DNA of 64,000 nt from Hemiscyllium ocellatum (taxonomy: Eukaryota), in assembly GCF_020745735.1 (NCBI RefSeq), contig NC_083417.1, positions 63,550,001 through 63,614,000 of the forward strand, read 5' to 3'. Shown one piece after another: positions 61,191 to 64,000 of this stretch; the stretch's first letter is position 1, and every line of letters begins with the position of its first letter. Made by a program: the position numbers and the translations under genes. Below the pieces are notes generated by a model. That model was not told the DNA's origin. It did not search any database and saw nothing but the letters and a program-made list of their open reading frames with translations.

Positions 61191-61830
61191 AGAAACGACT
61201 CGCGATAGAAATTAGAAATACAGATGAAAATGGGAATGAACTGAAGAGTAGAAGAATATCTCTTGTAAAGAGAGAGTGAGCACCTAAAGGGCCAAAACAC
61301 CTTTTCTCTGTGTTATAAAATTTTAAAATTTGACAGAACAAAGTTTTTCCACAGACGTAGTTAGAAGTTAATTCTTCCAGTTTTAAAGTTCCTGACAGCG
61401 TAAAGCTCCTGAAATGTTTCTTTTTTAAAAAAATACACCAATTACACATCATACAGATTAAAAATACACCTGTACTAAATTAAGATGGTTTGCAGAGTAG
61501 GGTAGGTAGGTAGGGTGCACAAATACAGATGGTTTTCTTACTCATGACACTACAGAGGATTTGTGACCTGCTGAGAGGGACACTTCCATTGCATCCGCCC
61601 ATTCCTTCCAAGCATGTAAGGCATGCATTTAAGCGACAGACAAGTTTTCATGTATCAGGATAAGGTATATAAGACAGTATCTTGACAGCAACACATTAAT
61701 AAAATCAAACAAAAAGAAGGCAAATTAAAATTCTTCGAATAAATTGTGTTGAAAACTCTCCTGAAAATACACTTGAGTACAGGAAGGAATTGAATATATG
61801 TGGCAGAATATTATTTTAAATCTCCTTCAG

Positions 61831-61958
61831 TACTCCCAACTCCAGTAAAGATGGTCTCTTCAGCACCAGGAGATGGTTCGTCTACTTCTCTGTTGCCCAT
61901 GTATAACACAGCTGAATTTTACCCAGAGAAAATAGGGGAAATTAATTTAATTCTTTAG
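61831..61958 (+). pseudogene. Truncated and decayed C1-set exon paralogous to exon 3
   Basis: Acceptor TCTCCTTCAG| in phase 1. Translation VLPTPVKMVSSAPGDGSSTSLLPMYNTAEFYPEKIGEINLIL* versus ASPHPLKITTKFSANYALTCICKTSGFYPKDH. The canonical Cys position is TAT (one change from TGT) and similarity stops after FYPE. Confidence 0.6.
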
Positions 61959-62271
61959 CTCATAGTTGCAAACTGTATTCTTGATAGATCAAATTCCCAA
62001 TTGCTTGGAAATGATGCAACCACAATATAGAGAAATGTTAGCAAAATATTTTCTATGTTCTATATATAGCAACATTTATGTAATTGGGAAGATAACTGAC
62101 AAATGATATTTAATACTGAAAATGTGCAATCAGTGAAAATATTTAAAGTAACAAAACATTGGATTAAATACAAGTTTTGCGGTATGCTCGGAATAACGAC
62201 TTGGAATTGACATAAGAGCAACCTCTTCCCAACAAGAGGGAATTATTGATAAACCAAGTATACATACACGG

Positions 62272-62462
62272 CAAAAGTGAGGACTGCAGATGCTGGGAAC
62301 CAGAGATTAGATCAGAGTGGTGCTGGAAAAGCACAACTGGTCAGGTAGCACCCGAGGAGCAGGAAGATCAACGTTTCAGGCAAAAGCACTTCATCAGGAA
62401 TCCTGATTAAGGGCTTTTGCCTGAAATATTGATTTCCCTGCTCCACGGATGCTGCCTGACCA
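62272..62462. mobile_element. Penelope pLTR-derived short palindromic element
   Basis: GCAAAAGTGAGGACTGCAGATGCTGG head; inverted hammerhead-like cores meet at TTCATCAGGAATCCTGATTAA. Confidence 0.85.
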
Positions 62463-64000
62463 AGTATACATACAGCCAGGTCATTATTTCTATATAAGGA
62501 CAGAGATTTTCTAACATTTTGTAATTATCTGATAAAACTATAATGTGCAACTATGGTCTTCATTTCTCAAAAGATAAAGACACTTGTGTTGGACTGGGTG
62601 AACCCAAGTATTAAGGACACATTAGAACATTCAGATTAGGCTGTAAATTTGAAGAGAAGGGTAATTATGTGATATTGGTAAGACGCATTCAGCATTGATT
62701 CCAACCAGTGGACTATTGGCTTAAATTGGTAAAATTTAAATTAAAAATTAGCTAACAATGATAAAGCTTTAGAGAGTTTGCAGGTTTAAATGCGAGTGAA
62801 CAAAAGCTTAGATCAGTTGGAATCATGAAAGAGTGGATTCACTTTTCTCACTCTTGTCTAGTTTGGAATATTTTTGACACTACTTCTGTCCATATTCACC
62901 CATTAATTTTAATGATATGATTAGAACTATATGTTTTATTTGGAGAACCTGCATCCTTTACAAAGAAACTCAAAACTCTATTTGGTAGAGGCTGCATACA
63001 GTTAGATTAGATGGTTTTTCCTTTCTTTGACATTTGTTTCATTCTTGCATACTATTTTGTTTCACATTCATGCATTCTTTATATCCGATGAACACTGAAA
63101 CTTTTTGTATGTCCAAACCATGTTGGTGGACAACACAGTTATATTTTTATGGATCATAAGATGCTTGTATTATTTTCTCAGCTTTGTGATGTTATTTGCT
63201 ACTTAATCACACAATTACTTAATGTGATTCAGACCCTGCAATCATATTGGGATTTGAAGTGTTTTCATGAAAATTGTAGCTGATTTTTACCTGTACAAAA
63301 GTAATGGTACATATTGAAAATAGCTTTTTAAAATGTACATGTCAAGTGGTTAAAAACCAATGCAGAAAAATCCCATTAATTTATTTGGAGAACATGGGCT
63401 TCCACTCTATAGGAAACCTGCTAATGCTTCCATATTGCCACATTTTCTAAAGTTGTATCCATTTAAATGGGCATACAACCATGAAGAAGAAAATGGAAAA
63501 TGGTCCAGTTTTTCATTTCACTGTAACCAAATCACAGAGTAGCAGGGCACAAATGTTTAACATTATGAAATGGTGGGACAGAGTATTTAGAACCAAAGTA
63601 TTTCCCTCAGTAATAATACAACTTCAAATGAGACAGAATGTAAGTTTCGATAATAAATGCAAGTGGTTTAGAACAAAGTCAAGATAGATATCTTTTCAGA
63701 GAGAGTTGAGATGCTGTGGGGTTCTTTTCAGGGTAATTTGCTAAAGCAACAAGCTATGGTGAAATGCAGGGTTAGACTGGTGATTATGTGAATGAAACAA
63801 GAAAAAGAGGTGAGATGAAGTACAAGGATAGCATGGATAGGTTGTCTCACATGGAAGGTGACTGTCAGTAGTGAATGAGTAACCATGGCCTTTACATTAC
63901 AGATACTGTACTGTGCTTATATGCTAGCTTGATTGCAAATTGTTCACTTGCTTCACTGAATTCCACATACAAAAAAGTTTTATCTAATCCCGAGTTTATC

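Overview
Eukaryotic, repeat-dense vertebrate DNA. The repeat content (HE1-type V-SINEs, HER1/CR1 LINEs, abundant Penelope-like elements) points to a cartilaginous fish, probably a shark (inference). One intact protein-coding gene can be built by hand on the + strand: five exons, all introns phase 1 and GT-AG, join(9677..9731,10005..10307,19369..19665,24156..24269,31416..31618), 972 nt, 323 aa. Its architecture is leader, germline-joined VJ-type Ig domain, C1-set Ig domain, uncharged TM and a tyrosine-free tail. It is a non-rearranging antigen-receptor-like IgSF receptor (NKp30/PRARP/SIRP-like class; exact orthology not determinable here). A decayed 5' part of a paralogous C1 exon lies at 61831, suggesting a tandem family. 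The gene's 5' end sits in a CpG-rich region with ISRE, RUNX, TCF, GATA and NF-kB-type motifs. About 315 bp upstream of the ATG is a palindromic Penelope-derived insertion with a target-site duplication and a hammerhead-ribozyme-like core. Most of the remaining sequence is TE debris: CR1, a second CR1/L2-clade LINE, a Rex1/Babar-like LINE, Penelope elements, solo LTRs, a TTAA-flanked MITE and Harbinger relics. No CRISPR arrays, rRNA or bona fide tRNA genes were seen. TE boundaries are approximate unless a TSD is given, and family names come from motif recognition, not database searches.
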